DNA of 62,982 bases, the filler included, from Rhabdomonas costata (Eukaryota), in assembly GCA_019059605.1 (NCBI GenBank). It is 49 parts of 49 records of this genome, joined end to end, with 100 filler letters (N's around TTAATTAATTAA, not from the genome) between each part and the next. Parts side by side here need not be neighbours in the genome. Positions count along the whole stretch, not along the records: positions 1 to 1,188 come from JAHMHO010024393.1; positions 1,289 to 2,476 come from JAHMHO010024394.1; positions 2,577 to 3,772 come from JAHMHO010024395.1; positions 3,873 to 5,060 come from JAHMHO010024396.1; positions 5,161 to 6,348 come from JAHMHO010024397.1; positions 6,449 to 7,636 come from JAHMHO010024398.1; positions 7,737 to 8,924 come from JAHMHO010024399.1; positions 9,025 to 10,212 come from JAHMHO010024400.1; 41 more parts are not named here. One strand, written 5' to 3'. Numbering within the stretch: the stretch's first letter is position 1; each line of letters opens with the position of its first letter. This document shows positions 1-13,167 of this stretch, one piece after another. Both the position numbers and the translations under genes were made by a program. The notes beneath the pieces are model-generated. The model was not told the DNA's origin and did no database searches. It saw nothing but the letters and a program-made list of their open reading frames with translations.

Positions 1-216
1 GTTGTGGGGTCTGTTGTATATACAAAAGACCCCATTGCCTGCTTCGGCTTTGCCCTCTGTGTTTTGTACAATTCCTGTACTCCCTTCAGGCTAGACCCCC
101 CCCCAATAGACAAACAATCGGTCAAGGACGTATTTAGGCTTCAACGAATTCTGATTCAAAGCTGTTCGTGCTGGCAACAGCTGCTGCTGTTTCTGCTGCT
201 GTTGATGTCCTGGCAG

Positions 217-980
217 GAGCGGTCCCGCGTTGCGGAGAGCGCGGCGTGGAACGCGGAGCTCACCGCGGTGCGAGAGGGTCTACAGCGCGAGGTCGAGGAG
301 TCCGTTACCGGGCACACTGAGGTGCTGCGGCGCAGCCCTGTGAAGGCCTCCACGGGCTGCTGCTCCCCAATGAGCACCGTTTCCGTGGGCTCCTCTGCTG
401 TTTCCGACGTCCTCCTGTCGGTTCCTCCCCACTTCTCCTCCTTTTTCGGTGGCCGCACAGGCGCTGCCTTTTTTGGACTGTGGGGGGTGCCTTTGCTGGC
501 ATTGCAGCTGCGAACTTTTTTTGGGGGGGTCGTCCAGCAGATCTGGTTGTTACAGAAACGAGAGATGCTTGTTATAACCCTCTTTTTTCGTTCTGGAAAA
601 GTCCGGCTCGCTCTTTTAGTTGTGTCCAAAACGCCGCAGCCAACCGCGAAGGAATCTTTAAGGTACCCAATCTTGAAAGCTGGCTTGACATCGCGCCAGT
701 AAAGTCCTGAAATCTGATATTTGTGGCTGCAATCAGTAAAAATTTGCTCGGATACTGCCCTCTCGAGCTCCCGTTCTCCGATCTCCCCCTTCATTGCTCT
801 GTGTTCACTTCTCTGTCCCCTCGATCAGTTCTTGTGTGCCTGTGTGTGGGTGTTCAGAAGTGCAAAGGCCAGCACGCTGCCCTGAGGCGCAAGGAGATGC
901 AGGCCGCGGAAATGCAGGTCGGCCTGGTCAACAGTGCTGAGAAGATCCTGAAGCTGGAGGGGGAAGTGGCTCTGCTCAAG
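217..980 (+). CDS. Two exons (217-321, 858-980) of a coiled-coil hypothetical protein
   Basis: CAG|GAG..GAG|GTGCTG and CAG|AAG..AAG|GTGTTG boundaries, phase 0-0, high GC3, E/K/L-rich peptide. Confidence 0.6.
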
Positions 981-1170
981 GTGTTGTCATCCTTTATCCC
1001 AGTTCTTCTTTGAACATCTTCTGTATCTTCTATGCAAATGCTACCTCTCCTCCTTGAATTTGAACTCGTCGAGGGGACAGAGAAGTGAACACAGAGCAAT
1101 GAAGGGGGAGATCGGAGAACGGGAGCTCGAGAGGGCAGTATCCGAGCAAATTTTTACTGATTGCAACCAC
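723..1170. repeat. Terminal inverted repeat of about 100 bp (723-824 / 1069-1170), probable WGA fold-back chimera
   Basis: Near-perfect reverse complement running into the A/C tail at the contig end. Confidence 0.85.
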
Positions 1171-1188
1171 AAACACCACCAACAAACC

Positions 1189-1288
1189 NNNNNNNNNNNN
1201 NNNNNNNNNNNNNNNNNNNNNNNNNNNNNNNNTTAATTAATTAANNNNNNNNNNNNNNNNNNNNNNNNNNNNNNNNNNNNNNNNNNNN
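1189..1288. other. Artificial contig linker (N44-TTAATTAATTAA-N44); 48 copies spaced about 1.29 kb apart
   Basis: Identical 100-nt spacer with six-frame stops recurs throughout. Contigs are of near-identical length (about 1174-1188 nt). Confidence 0.99.
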
Positions 1289-2959
1289 GGGGGGGGGTTT
1301 GTGCGGGGGGATGACTGTCTTCATGTCACAGTGTCGAGGTGTTGCATTTCTCGCTATGCCTGGTGAATTTACGCATGTGTTCGTGGTCAAAGCTTGCGTG
1401 ATTGTTTGTTGTCTCGCCCTGTCTGCGATATACATTTATTCCTACACGATTTTGTGACGTGGAGTTCAGGTCCTCAGTACCTCTTTTTTCCTGTTTCAGT
1501 GGGGTGTGTTCAGTGAAGGTCGAAATATCAAATTTGTTGCGCTTTATTACTGAGTGTAAAAGATGTTCGTTGCTCACTGCTTTTCGTGCTTTTAGGGAAG
1601 ACAGGCCGCCTCCCGTCCAACCCAATTACAATGGGAACTTTTTTCGTGGCCCTTTTTCGCAATGGTGAAGGGAGCCCAGCGCGTTGCTCCAGTGCCGAGA
1701 CTCTCGCGACCACTCGCGACATCCGCAGATACGTAACGGACGCCGACATTAGCAGGAGGCGCCAGAGCCCGCTTGGCAGCCTGGGTCTCGGTCTCTCCTG
1801 TGCGTCCTTCTTTTGGGGAGCCACAGGCCGCGGTCGACATAGACATTCCTTTCTACGGCGCGTCGGCCAGATCCCACGGATGTGACAGTTCGGCGCTTGG
1901 CATTCATGCAACCTTTTGCCCGCCCCCGCCCGGGCTCCGTTGGAAAGTTCTCTTTTCCGGCTTTTCTTTGCCTCCAAAGCCCTCCCTGCTACAGCCCGTT
2001 GTGGCCGTGAGCCCCGGTGTCGGGGCCAGCCAAACGCCATAGGCGCGCGTAGGGACGTGTTTTGGATTAAACCAAAAGCCCGGCCCGGGACTCCCGCTTT
2101 TCCTTGGTGACCGGGCGGTTCTCGTCCAGAATCGCCGTTTTTTGAATGAACTTCTGCACCACGGTTTCCTTTTTCAATTGATGTGATAGTCCTGAACGTA
2201 GACTTGCCCAACCTTCTGATAAGAGCCTCATTCTTCCAGCGGTCATGGCCGCTTTATCGCCCGCTCATTTTTATTGATTTGCGCATCTAAACTGAAAACT
2301 TCGCCCCCTTCTTTGGAAACCATTTCTTTGCTTTCCGGACTCAGATTCGCTTTTTGCCACCCAAATCTTCGAAATGCAAAGCAACTGGGGATTTTTTTCT
2401 TACAACCAAGCGTTTTCCAAAACTGTGGCCCCTTACCATTAACTCATCAAGATGGAACCTTGCGACGAGAAAGCTGNNNNNNNNNNNNNNNNNNNNNNNN
2501 NNNNNNNNNNNNNNNNNNNNTTAATTAATTAANNNNNNNNNNNNNNNNNNNNNNNNNNNNNNNNNNNNNNNNNNNNATGCTCCCCTTCTGCGATTTCAAG
2601 GATCTGCTTCGAGAATACCGAAACGCGTTGTATGCTTACTCACCGACTCTCAGATGAATCCGAAAAGTGGCAGTGGCCTCACCAGGTCGATATTTCCGCC
2701 GAATGCACCAGCAACAGCAGTACCATGAGTTAATGAAGAGTTTGTTAGTAATCTGCACAGTGGAGGCAATAAACTACAAATCGAATGAAAATGCCGGAGC
2801 GGTTTTTGAGAACCGAGAAGACCGCCGGGGGGTGGGAAGTGCGCTGCAGCTGAAGCGTAAGGTCACCATAAGGACATTGGCAGTGTTTTTTTCCTGCAAA
2901 ACGGAAGCAGAACGTTGCCCCTGCCGTCATTGCCGCGCGCACAAATCCATACCGTTTAG

Positions 2960-3622
2960 GACGGTGGTGCACGGCGGCGTATGCGACCTTCGCAAGACCT
3001 ATGACGTCGTCATGGCCACGGGGCTGGTGCGCCGCACCCTCTGCGGGTCCAGCGCCCCCTCCGCGCTCGACGCAGCCGTGCAGAAGCTCCGCTCCCTCAC
3101 AAAGCAGCTACTGCTGGTACGGACCCCCGAAGAGCCTCTCCCTACTCCTATCCCATTCTCTTGCTTTCCTACCCACACAGTTATTTCATTTGTCTGGAAA
3201 ATGCATGGCAGGCTGCAGGTTCCTTTGTAACTCTGACGCTGGGGGTGCTGAAGAGGGACAGAGAGCGTCAGTTTTGTGAACTGCGAAGGCAGGTGGACTG
3301 TGTGGATTCGGGAGGGGGCACGGTGTTTACACGGACCACCTTCCTCTGTCGCGCCATCTTTGCGGTGTGATAATTTCCGCTTTGAAAGAATGGAACAAAC
3401 TGGTCGACCAGGAACGGGTGTGACGAACTCTGTTTTGCTGCCTGCTGTCTGTGTGTCATTTATCCACCTTCCATTCGCTTCTTATTCTCCCTATTCAGGA
3501 GCGCGTCTGTTTCTAAGCCCTCCACTAGGCCACCGGGACTCGAATTTCCGGGTGTACAGCCGTGAGGAGTGTAGCTCCTGCGTTTTCGTCGCAAAACCAG
3601 CTTGTGAATTCATTGTACACCT

Positions 3623-3662
<40 letters not shown>

Positions 3663-3770
3663 TCTGTTCTGCATTTTGACTATTTTGTTGACCAGGTGGA
3701 GTGGACCGACCCCCCGGTAGAGTGCGCCGAGGGCCCCGCTGGGGTTGCGCTGAGGGACTACTACCCAAAC
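2960..3770 (+). CDS. Two exons (2960-3116, 3696-end) of a possible class I SAM-methyltransferase-like protein
   Basis: TAG|G..CTG|GTACGG and CAG|GTG boundaries join in frame. Spliced peptide YDVVMATGLV..LRSLTKQLLL|VEW. Confidence 0.45.
3624..3659. repeat. (GT)n microsatellite within an intron
   Basis: Visible directly. Confidence 0.95.
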
Positions 3771-4451
3771 AANNNNNNNNNNNNNNNNNNNNNNNNNNNN
3801 NNNNNNNNNNNNNNNNTTAATTAATTAANNNNNNNNNNNNNNNNNNNNNNNNNNNNNNNNNNNNNNNNNNNNCGAGGTTGCTTTCACAGCAACAAGAGTT
3901 CTGCAAAAGAAGAACGGCATGTCCGAGCGAGTGGTGTTCAGCCCTACGGGTTTGGTCTGAAGTGTCCACTCCGCCACAATGCGACTTCCACCTGAACCAC
4001 AAGACAATAGGAAAGCCACACTCAAGGTTATCTCGATTCGACAAGAGGCTACCTCGTGTCATAAAGAAAATCTACGCAATCCACACCTGGGAAACCAAGA
4101 AGCCCAGGAAGGGTAAAAAAGCAGACAGAAAGGGCGATGTGCAACGGCACCAGCAGCACAAGGTCCTGTAACGAAATGAAGGGGTTTACGATGTTCGATG
4201 ATCGTTTTGAAATTTAGTTTATTAACGCAACGTCGGGCCATCTCACCCTCTTCCCATCCAGAAATGGCACGTGTGTTCTGGGTGTTGGTCTTCACGCGCA
4301 GATTCCGACTTGTACAACCCCGCTGGCATGTCGTCATCCTAACGGGACCCCAATCCTGGAGCTCTCCCAAACCAGTCGGAGGCTGAGGCGATCTCTTGTT
4401 TTTCAGGGACGCCACCAGACCTGCCCTATCTGATGGTTTTCATGAGCAACT

Positions 4452-4985
4452 TTGACGGCCCTGCCGGATGTTGCAGAAGAAGTCATGTACTGCGCAGGCG
4501 AATCTATTCAGAATGCCAAAGAATCACCTCAAAGGCGTATACTCTGCAGCCATGCACAGACTACCGCCAGCTCGCAGATCGCGGGAGTGTACTGTGTGGA
4601 CCGTGAGAGACCCAAGGTGATTCACGATCCCTCGACCCAACCTAACAAAGCGGAGACTTCCACTTTGTCACAACAGAAGCTGTGAAATTAGTTGGCCTTC
4701 GGTGGACGTCTCCATCTCCGGTCACCTTTCCGACTTCGGACGAACCGCAACCACGAGTCGTTGCCATGGCTCCAGAAATGTAACGTGAACTGCGAGAAAA
4801 CCATTCCCTCTGACATCCAGGAACTGGGCCAGGCCTCCGCGCGGCTTTACTGCGTTTAGGACACAATAGCGGCCTTCAAAGGGGCAAAATCTGCTGAATT
4901 GCGCAAAAGCGGTGCTTCCGACAGGTCCGTTTAGGGAAGTTGGTCTTGTCACTTGGATGACATCGGTGTGGCCCCTGTCGATGGA
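4452..4985 (+). mobile_element. Decayed reverse transcriptase of a DIRS/Ngaro-like retroelement
   Basis: Motif remnants in the expected order across frames: GVYCVDRERPKVIHDPS (cf. GVVPK..RLIHDLS), KAVL/RQVR, then HLDDIGV (YxDD-like). Confidence 0.4.
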
Positions 4986-5547
4986 CCTCGTGACAGGGTC
5001 CAAAAACTAGTCCTTTCGCGTCTGCTCCGTTGTTTTTTTTGGAATTAATAAATAATTTTTNNNNNNNNNNNNNNNNNNNNNNNNNNNNNNNNNNNNNNNN
5101 NNNNTTAATTAATTAANNNNNNNNNNNNNNNNNNNNNNNNNNNNNNNNNNNNNNNNNNNNCCCTCTGAGCGTTCACGAGGGGAGGACACCGTTCAGTGCC
5201 GCGGCCTCCCTGCACGGCCTTGCACCGCTTTGGCTTCTCGCAACCACAGTGGCGAGGTGCGGAAAAAGCGGGAAGAAAAGGTCAAAAGGCAAACAAGACA
5301 GAAGATGAAAAGGAGGAGTGGTAACTTGGCGGGCTCGGCGCTAAAAAAGCTCCACCCTGGGAACCCAGGGGAGGGGTACGAGCAGTTCTCCTAACGCGCT
5401 GGAACTCTCGACGACCGTTTGACGTGAAAGGTAGGTAATAATTAGGTAGGCAACAATCCCACCGAGGCAATAGTGCGCAACCAATTCCAAAACAGGTCTT
5501 ACAGATAAATCACAAGCTCTTAGGTTACCTTTGTTTTATCCCTCATG

Positions 5548-5844
5548 CTATATTTTATTCCACGCGAAGTTTCTTTTAGGGGCGCCATGGAACGCATTCG
5601 GAGATGCTGAAAAATCTCGACTGTCCAGCCCGAAGCATTGTTTCTTCCAACATCCTACTGACGCAAAAGGTTGAAGGTCGGAAAAATCCATTGTTGGTAA
5701 ACCTCCTGGACGCGTGACACGACAACCCATACTCTGTTCTGTACCCGGAATCTTGCAACTGTGACACCACAGCTTAACCCCTGCCCCGTTTCGGAAGGAA
5801 GGGGATAGCTCGAATAGGCTCTGGTAGACACCTACAGAACACAA
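5548..5844 (-). mobile_element. Possible decayed DIRS-like RNase H end / methyltransferase-like region
   Basis: KIPGTEQSMGCRVTR..FG..DFSASPNA resembles HIPG.EN..AD.LSR..FG..DLFAS..N. Confidence 0.3.
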
Positions 5845-6448
5845 ACCCTGTTAGACGTAACCAGCTACTGGACCCTTTTTTAAGCTTTTCAGCGCCGACC
5901 AATTAAGGGAGCTCTCCTTTCGCGGAGAAGTTCACACCGTCAAAAGGGAGAGATGAGAAAGGGAGGGAAGTCAAGAGTCCTTCCCCCAGCCACCCCCACT
6001 GCGCACGGGAATTGGCAGAGAATGGTCACCGCCCCGCTCAGCCCTCCGCTGGCGGCCGAAGGGCACCCGGCCGAAAGCGAGGAGGAGGCGAGGCAGCAAA
6101 ACCAAACCCCAATGAGCGCACGCGCTTCCCCTAAAAGCGTCTGCAAAAAAACCAACAAAAACTCAGAACCGCATCCAAAAGAAGTGTCGAAGAATACCTA
6201 ACCTCTTCTGGTGCTACGTGCATGCGAAAAATGGAGGGGGTTGAACCACCAAGTTTAAGTTTAAGGGGGAGGTACATGAATTCTTCTTCTAGTCCTACTT
6301 TTTCTCTCTCCCTCTCTTTGTGTGTGGTCTTCCAGCAGCACCCATCTGNNNNNNNNNNNNNNNNNNNNNNNNNNNNNNNNNNNNNNNNNNNNTTAATTAA
6401 TTAANNNNNNNNNNNNNNNNNNNNNNNNNNNNNNNNNNNNNNNNNNNN

Positions 6449-7482
6449 CGCCGAGGAGAGCTCGCCGCGTGCCGCCACGATGGCCCCGTTGCACAGGATC
6501 GCGTGGGTGTACATGCACAAGTTCTGCAGGTTGACCCCAACCCCAGGCTGCTTCTTCAGCAAGGTCTCGTTAAACACGCTGCTGAACACCCCGCAGGCGA
6601 TTTGCAGCCCAATCATTGCCATCCCGAACAGCAGGTGCCAAACCAGCGCGGGGTGAGACGAGGAGAGCGTTGCGGCCGCGGAAGAGTCCTTTTCGAGACA
6701 GAGCAGCACACAAAAACCCAAAACCCCGAGAAACACTTCCCCAGAGAAATGGCTCCACCTCTTCTTCTCTGTTCGCGGTTCCAAGGGCGAGAGACATGCT
6801 CTCTGTAAGTGTGCTGGCAAAGTGCTTAATGAGGTTGCTTCACGGGCGGTTGGGTAAGTCTCACAGCACAACGCATTGGATAGTACTAACACCCTGCAGA
6901 AGCTCGACGTGGTTCGTCTTCCCTTCTGGCAACCCAGCACAGCCCTCGCTCAGATCTGCTTCAGGTTTTGAATATGTACAATCCCGCCTGGATGATGAGA
7001 ACATCAAAGGGGCAAAGGCAGGCAACGGTTCCAGTGACTGACTGTGATGGGGATGCGCAGCTGGCTGACCACTTCCACTCAGGAAGCCTGCCATCCGTCC
7101 CCTTCACAGAAAAAACGACCATCGCTCAGTTTCACGTGCTGCTGAAGAAAAGAGTGCGCTGGGGATTTCCTCAAGAAGAAAGCAAAGGGACGCTAACCGT
7201 GGCGGCTGAAGCGGCAGAGGCGGTGGTCTCGGACCACTTCCCGGCCTCCTTCACTGCGCACCCCACAGAGATCAGCACCAGTGCGGCCCACTGCGCGCGG
7301 GTCAGCTTGGTGCCAAAGAAGGCTGTCCACATCAGCCCTGTGGCCACCAGTCGCAGCTGCATCAGAATGCTGTAGGTCACGGGGTCGAACAAGCTGAGGT
7401 TGACGAAAGTCAGGTTGTCGTAGATGACGTACGACAGCGCGGGGAGGAAGTACCGCAGTAAAAGTCCGAGATTGCCGCGGAT
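6449..7482 (-). CDS. Nucleotide-sugar transporter, SLC35A (CMP-sialic acid/UDP-Gal) family; exons 7482-7198 and 6688-6449
   Basis: Motifs PALSYVIYDNL, TYSILMQLRLVATG, QWAALVL, SSVFNETLLK, LQNLCMY. GT-AG intron 7197-6689 is phase 0. Confidence 0.9.
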
Positions 7483-7764
7483 CTGAGCCATCCCCCACAC
7501 ACAAATAAGAGGCCAAGGCCACCGCTTTTGAAAAGCTTTTTTCCTTTCTTGCATTTTCTTGCGGACATTTTTATGGGAACCGGTCCGAGACTGTGTCGGC
7601 ACATGACTGCCACTCCCTTTACTTGAACCAAAACCCNNNNNNNNNNNNNNNNNNNNNNNNNNNNNNNNNNNNNNNNNNNNTTAATTAATTAANNNNNNNN
7701 NNNNNNNNNNNNNNNNNNNNNNNNNNNNNNNNNNNNGGTGGTGTGTGCCAGCCTTGCGACCCAC

Positions 7765-8884
7765 CACCCAAGCTGGCACACAGCTCCTTGATGAAATTCA
7801 CCCGGCGGGATGAGGCCCGCTCGCTGGCATCCTGAGAAACGGCCTTGTCAATGGCCTCCCAGCGCTTCCACACCTCACGGTACGGTGGAGGAAGAACTCC
7901 ATCTAGGCCCCCACAAGGTACTTGCTTGGCCCCGGACTTGCGGCTATCCAAAACGGCTCCGGTAGTCAGCTTGTACAGAGCGAGGTTTGCCACGGCGTTC
8001 CGGGCGTCCTGGGGGCTTCCGGCCGCCAGCTGAGTTTGGAACACCCACTTCTGCGGAGGAACCTTCGTAGTTGAGATCGTGACTGCGGCACGGTGCTCAC
8101 ATGGCAGGTCCAGAATGGCGTTGCGCGGCAGCTCGCGGTACTTTGGCGGCGCCAAGCCGTTGTTATTGCACCACCGCTGAAGCATGTTGATAGGTACATT
8201 GCGAGACTGCCACTTGGCCCGCTCTTCCGGCGTGAAGTGGCACATTGGGCGCTCAGCCTCCATAGCCTCAGTGGCCTCAGCCGCCTTTTGAACCTTTCCC
8301 AGCTCGTCCCCAGCAGAGCCCGCCAGGGCATCAAAGTTTAAAGGCTCATCCTCAAGCCCCGCACCAGAAGACTTGCCCTGCTTCTCGCGTGGTATCTCTG
8401 CACTCGGGGTCTTCTTATCCTTGACCTGAGGGGGTGCAGACGGAGCAGCAGCGGCCGAACCGGAAGGAGCCTTTCGCACAGCCGTCTGCATCTCTGCCAG
8501 CTCGGATAACACTCCGGCCTCAATCATCCAGTGCTTGCTTTCCTTGGCCTTCTTTGGGAATTGGGCGCAGTACTGAACCGCAACCTCATGGGCACGGAGC
8601 AGCACGGGAAGCACCTGAGCGAGAGTGGCCCACTCCTGCTTTCCCTTTGCCGCGCGAGCCACCTTCCAGGGCCCTCGGAAGTCCACCTCCGCTTTCCGTA
8701 GGTCATCTTCCGTGGGGGGCTTGGCCGAGAATGGGGTATACCCTGCAGCCTCCTCTCGACTGTCATCGTCACTTTCCTGCATGTACTGCAAAATCCATGC
8801 CTTACGCTGCTCCTCGCTACTCTTGCCGCCACTGTCCTTGCCACCCTTCGGCTTCGGAGGAGAGGCACCTCCTCCACGACTGCT
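7765..8884 (-). CDS. DHX29: N-terminal region of a DHX29-like DExH RNA helicase with a dsRBD-like domain (single large exon)
   Basis: Open frame of about 370 aa with KAWILQYMQE, P..MLQRWC..APPKY, QDARNAVANLALYKL and LPPPYREVW motifs; CAG acceptor at 8885. Confidence 0.7.
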
Positions 8885-10324
8885 CTGCACCGGTGCCGCT
8901 TCTGCCTTCCCCCCACCCCCCCCCNNNNNNNNNNNNNNNNNNNNNNNNNNNNNNNNNNNNNNNNNNNNTTAATTAATTAANNNNNNNNNNNNNNNNNNNN
9001 NNNNNNNNNNNNNNNNNNNNNNNNTGTTGTGGGGGGTGTGTTTGGTTGTGTGTGTATGATGGCGCACTACAAGCTCAGGTGCTGTGCCTATATGCTGGCA
9101 CCCTGTTTGCCATGCGTCGCTTTTCAGGGATGCTTTTTGTTGTTTGTCATAACTACAGGTCTGTAGGGTCGGGTTCTGTTGATATTTTGATCGATCGTGC
9201 ATGTTTTCCTTATTTGCTTCAAAGTGTCAGCGTTCCAGAGGTACGTCAGTCTCCCCATGCATAGTATCGCATAGCACTCTTGAAAGACCCCAAGCGTTTT
9301 GCGTGATTCCCTCCGTCAACAAATCTCGTGATGGCGAAAGAATTGTGACTGGAGTCTCCTTACAAATCTCTCGGCGTGCCTGTGAGAGCTGTCTTGGCAG
9401 ATGCTACCAGTTTCGGTTCAACTCCTTGCGGATATGCGATATGCCAATGTTCTAAAGATATTCGTTCGTCTCCATTGATGTCTATAACTTTCACGTCAAC
9501 TGTTCGTTTTCTCGGGATTCCCGGAAAGTGCGGGGGCTGCCCCCACCCTCCACTTCCCACTCACCACGCCCTGTGCTCCGGAAGATTCCGGTTCTGATCT
9601 CAAGTTGGGTTGTTTTGTGTTCTCGCAAACTGTGGCAGAGATCGCGTGCCGCGGTAGTTTAGTGTAGTGGAGTGCAGAAGCGGGTACATTAACAGAGGGA
9701 AAAAGGATGCGGTCTGGTTCCCATTCCCGACCTCGACTGTTCCTGCCGCACTGTTCGCATTGCTGGAGATATGGGTGGGTTTTCGTTTAGGTTTTGGATG
9801 GACCGCACCCCGGTGGGTTCCTCTCCCGTGTTGGTTGCGGGGGTAGACTTGTACAGCCTCTGGGTGCTACAGTGGATTCGCAAGGTCGGTCTTTGCTACC
9901 CATTTTGCATTTTGCGGCCGCCACCTTTCCCCTGTGCCTGCGCTTGTCCAAGCTGCTTCGGGAAGGAGACTGCTTTCGAGTTTTCTGATCGAGCAAACGG
10001 TCCAGGCCCTATGGGGGCTCTGGCGACTTTTGCCCCACGGGTGTTTTGGTGCAGGGATTGTGGCGATGACTGTTATAAGAGAGATGAGGGCTTGCGTTCT
10101 TTTTCCAAACAGTGAACGAAATGGGGTTGAGGGTTGTTTTTCCCGTCTCGGATTTCCACCATCAAAAGACTTGATGTGCATATCATTGCCTTAAAACGGA
10201 AGAAGTAATGGANNNNNNNNNNNNNNNNNNNNNNNNNNNNNNNNNNNNNNNNNNNNTTAATTAATTAANNNNNNNNNNNNNNNNNNNNNNNNNNNNNNNN
10301 NNNNNNNNNNNNTGTTGTGTGTTC

Positions 10325-10810
10325 GCACACGCACATTAACGGATTTCAGTTTACCAACACCTCTGCAAAGGAAACGCAAAACTGCAAAAGAAATCGAAGG
10401 GTCTGCGGTTTTCAGCATCAAACGGAAACCTACGAAACGGTGCTGATTCCTGCTTCTTTCTGCTGCAGCATTGCATTTTTTGGGACGGGTTTCTAAATTC
10501 TGGTGAATTCTGGTGCTTTTTTGGTCCCACAAAAGTACAAAAGGGCAAAAAGTGACATTCTCACTCGCTACGGCCTTCTCCTTCGCTCCGATGTGAGGTA
10601 GACCTTGGGTTGGGCTTCTGCTTCACGCTTGGGCTCAGTTTTGCGATGGGAAGAGACGATTTGATAATCCCAAATCATCCAACTGCAAGCATGGTTACAC
10701 ACATGTGGCGATGATGTCAAAATGATGGTCCACGCCCAACCAGGTTTTTTACTCACTCTGAAGGGTGCCAACCCCGCTCTTACACGTTGTGGATAAAACC
10801 AGCGGCGACC
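10325..10810 (-). mobile_element. Decayed DIRS-like reverse transcriptase
   Basis: Frameshifted remnants in order: APFRVSKKPGWAWTII, HFLPFC..GP, FVGFRL, LCRGVGKL. Confidence 0.35.
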
Positions 10811-13167
10811 TATGGAGTAGCCTGTCCGTCTGACATTTTCGAAGGAGGGGCCACAAGAATGGCATTGTCGGGCTGAATAATCCATGTGCTTGCTCATGCC
10901 CTGGTGCATCGTGAGCCAGTCCGATTCTTTCGCTCAAACCAAAGGCCGGAAAGGGTTCAGAACAGAATCAGTATCGTGCGTGTGTAACGCTAGTTCATCC
11001 GCCGCCAAGAACATCTGGTATGGATTCTTTGCCATGGAGTTTCAAAACGTAAAACAAAGTGGGAAGGGACACTGTTGCAGCTGTGAGTAAGGGCTGGGGG
11101 CACACAAAAAGTAAACTGGAAGAGAAGAGGGACACACCGAGCTCCTCTGGCTTCCAAAGGCATCCCCAAAAGTAGCAAGGCAGGCAGGGAGGAAAAAAGG
11201 ATATACGGGCAGCAAGGGTGCGGCAGATATATATCGCACCATGTTGCGCTTGAATCACTAAGCCACAAGGTTGACGCTGGAGGATGGTAGGGGATGAAAG
11301 AGAAACCCCAAGCAAAGAGTGCGAGAGGGAGATAGGGGACTTCCCTGGGAGCCAGAAATCTCAGGGCTAGTAGGGCCAGGCTCAGCAAGGCTCCACACAT
11401 CACCACCCAATTCAGGCCATTTGAGGCCATCCCCAGCGAATAAGCACACGACTGACACGAAGGCAGAGGCAGTGAAGTGAGTTGCGCATAACAAAACACA
11501 NNNNNNNNNNNNNNNNNNNNNNNNNNNNNNNNNNNNNNNNNNNNTTAATTAATTAANNNNNNNNNNNNNNNNNNNNNNNNNNNNNNNNNNNNNNNNNNNN
11601 GTGTTGGGTGTGTGTGGGGGGGGTTGGCTTAATCCGAGCTGAATCACGGCACTTGGGTGAGATTAATAATTGAGGCTGAGGTGAGGGGGTCGAAGCGATC
11701 GCCTGAGACAGGAGCATGGTAGTCACTAGTTGCAACTACGTAAACCACTGGTTTCCCACTGCGGTAAACCCATCAGACCTTCTTGATTTATAACTGGGTC
11801 ACGTGGGAGAAATGGGCTGCTGACGACCGCCACACACGTTACGAAGAGGTCCGCAATGTTCAGAGAAAACAATTAAAGACTATCGCTGTCCTTCACAATA
11901 AAAAGAAGCAGACACACGGCTAAAGGTTTTTATGTGACCTTTTTGGGCAATTCCTGAACCCCCGGGAAGCCGAAATCTTGAATTTTACTTAAGGAGTGCA
12001 CACACACTCCTCTCTGTCTTCATTGGATTTCTGTAATAGAAAAAGCGAGGAAGGCTGGAGGCGAAGACGGCTCCCCCGCCAGCGGCGCCCCACTGACCAC
12101 ACGGAGGCTCAGCCTCACCTCGGGCTCTGTGCTAGTGGTATCCCCAGCGGTGCCCGCGGTGGCCGCTGCTGCCGCGGCGGCGGGCGGAGCAACAGTCTCC
12201 CCACCAGGTCTTCCCTCTTTGGGTTTTCTTGTTCTTCCACTGCTCTCTTTGGGGACTGTTTTTTTGGCGGACTGAAAACACATGTTACAGCTTTGCAGAC
12301 TTCCAGATAGTACGATGCGCCTTCAGCGCTTGATTTTTGGAATATGCTTCTGCATTGTGAAAGCTCCCTCGTTTTGTTTTAGGTTCTCCAGCGAGCCCAT
12401 CGGGTGGACCCAAGGGCAAGGCTCGGCCAAAGGTGCCGTTTTGTGATATCCTATCGCAGACACCTCCCGTCCGATACGCACACACTGCAGTACTGGGCAG
12501 ACTCCGAGAGAGGCGTCACAAGAGGCGGCGAGCCGACACTGTGGCGGTCAATGAGCACGTGTCCCATGCACCAGTCAGAAGACTCTGGATGCCGGACGCC
12601 GCTCAAAAGCGCGGGCGGCATCATCCACTAGCCAATGCGCTTTGTGCACAGTCGCGCGCGCACGCACGCACACACACACACAGACACATACGTACGTACA
12701 CAGAGGAAAGGTAGTTGCACGATAAGGGACCCGTGGGGGGCAGTAGGGGAGGTACCTCATGCGGAAAATGGTCCCCAACCACNNNNNNNNNNNNNNNNNN
12801 NNNNNNNNNNNNNNNNNNNNNNNNNNTTAATTAATTAANNNNNNNNNNNNNNNNNNNNNNNNNNNNNNNNNNNNNNNNNNNNTTTGTTTTGTCCTATCGC
12901 ACACACAGGGGGGACACGAACACTGCATAAATCGCGCTGCAGTGTAGTAACCTCGGAAAGGAATAGGAGTATGAGGACTTGGGTGTGGAACGCAATGCGG
13001 TGAACTGGAACTCCACGTCACCGTTCGCTTTGAGGGAACCTCTCGCTACCACCCAACAGCCAACAGCCTACATCCGCCCTGTCAGCCAGTCACGCAACAG
13101 CAAGCGTGCCACACACACATCTTTTGAAAAGCTTCCAGTTGCGCAATGATGAGTTTCCTTCTTTCAG

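Noticed and set aside
9689..9883. CEQCG..HPFSLC as a LINE C-terminal zinc finger
   Set aside because: It needs a frameshift and has no supporting RT motifs on the contig.
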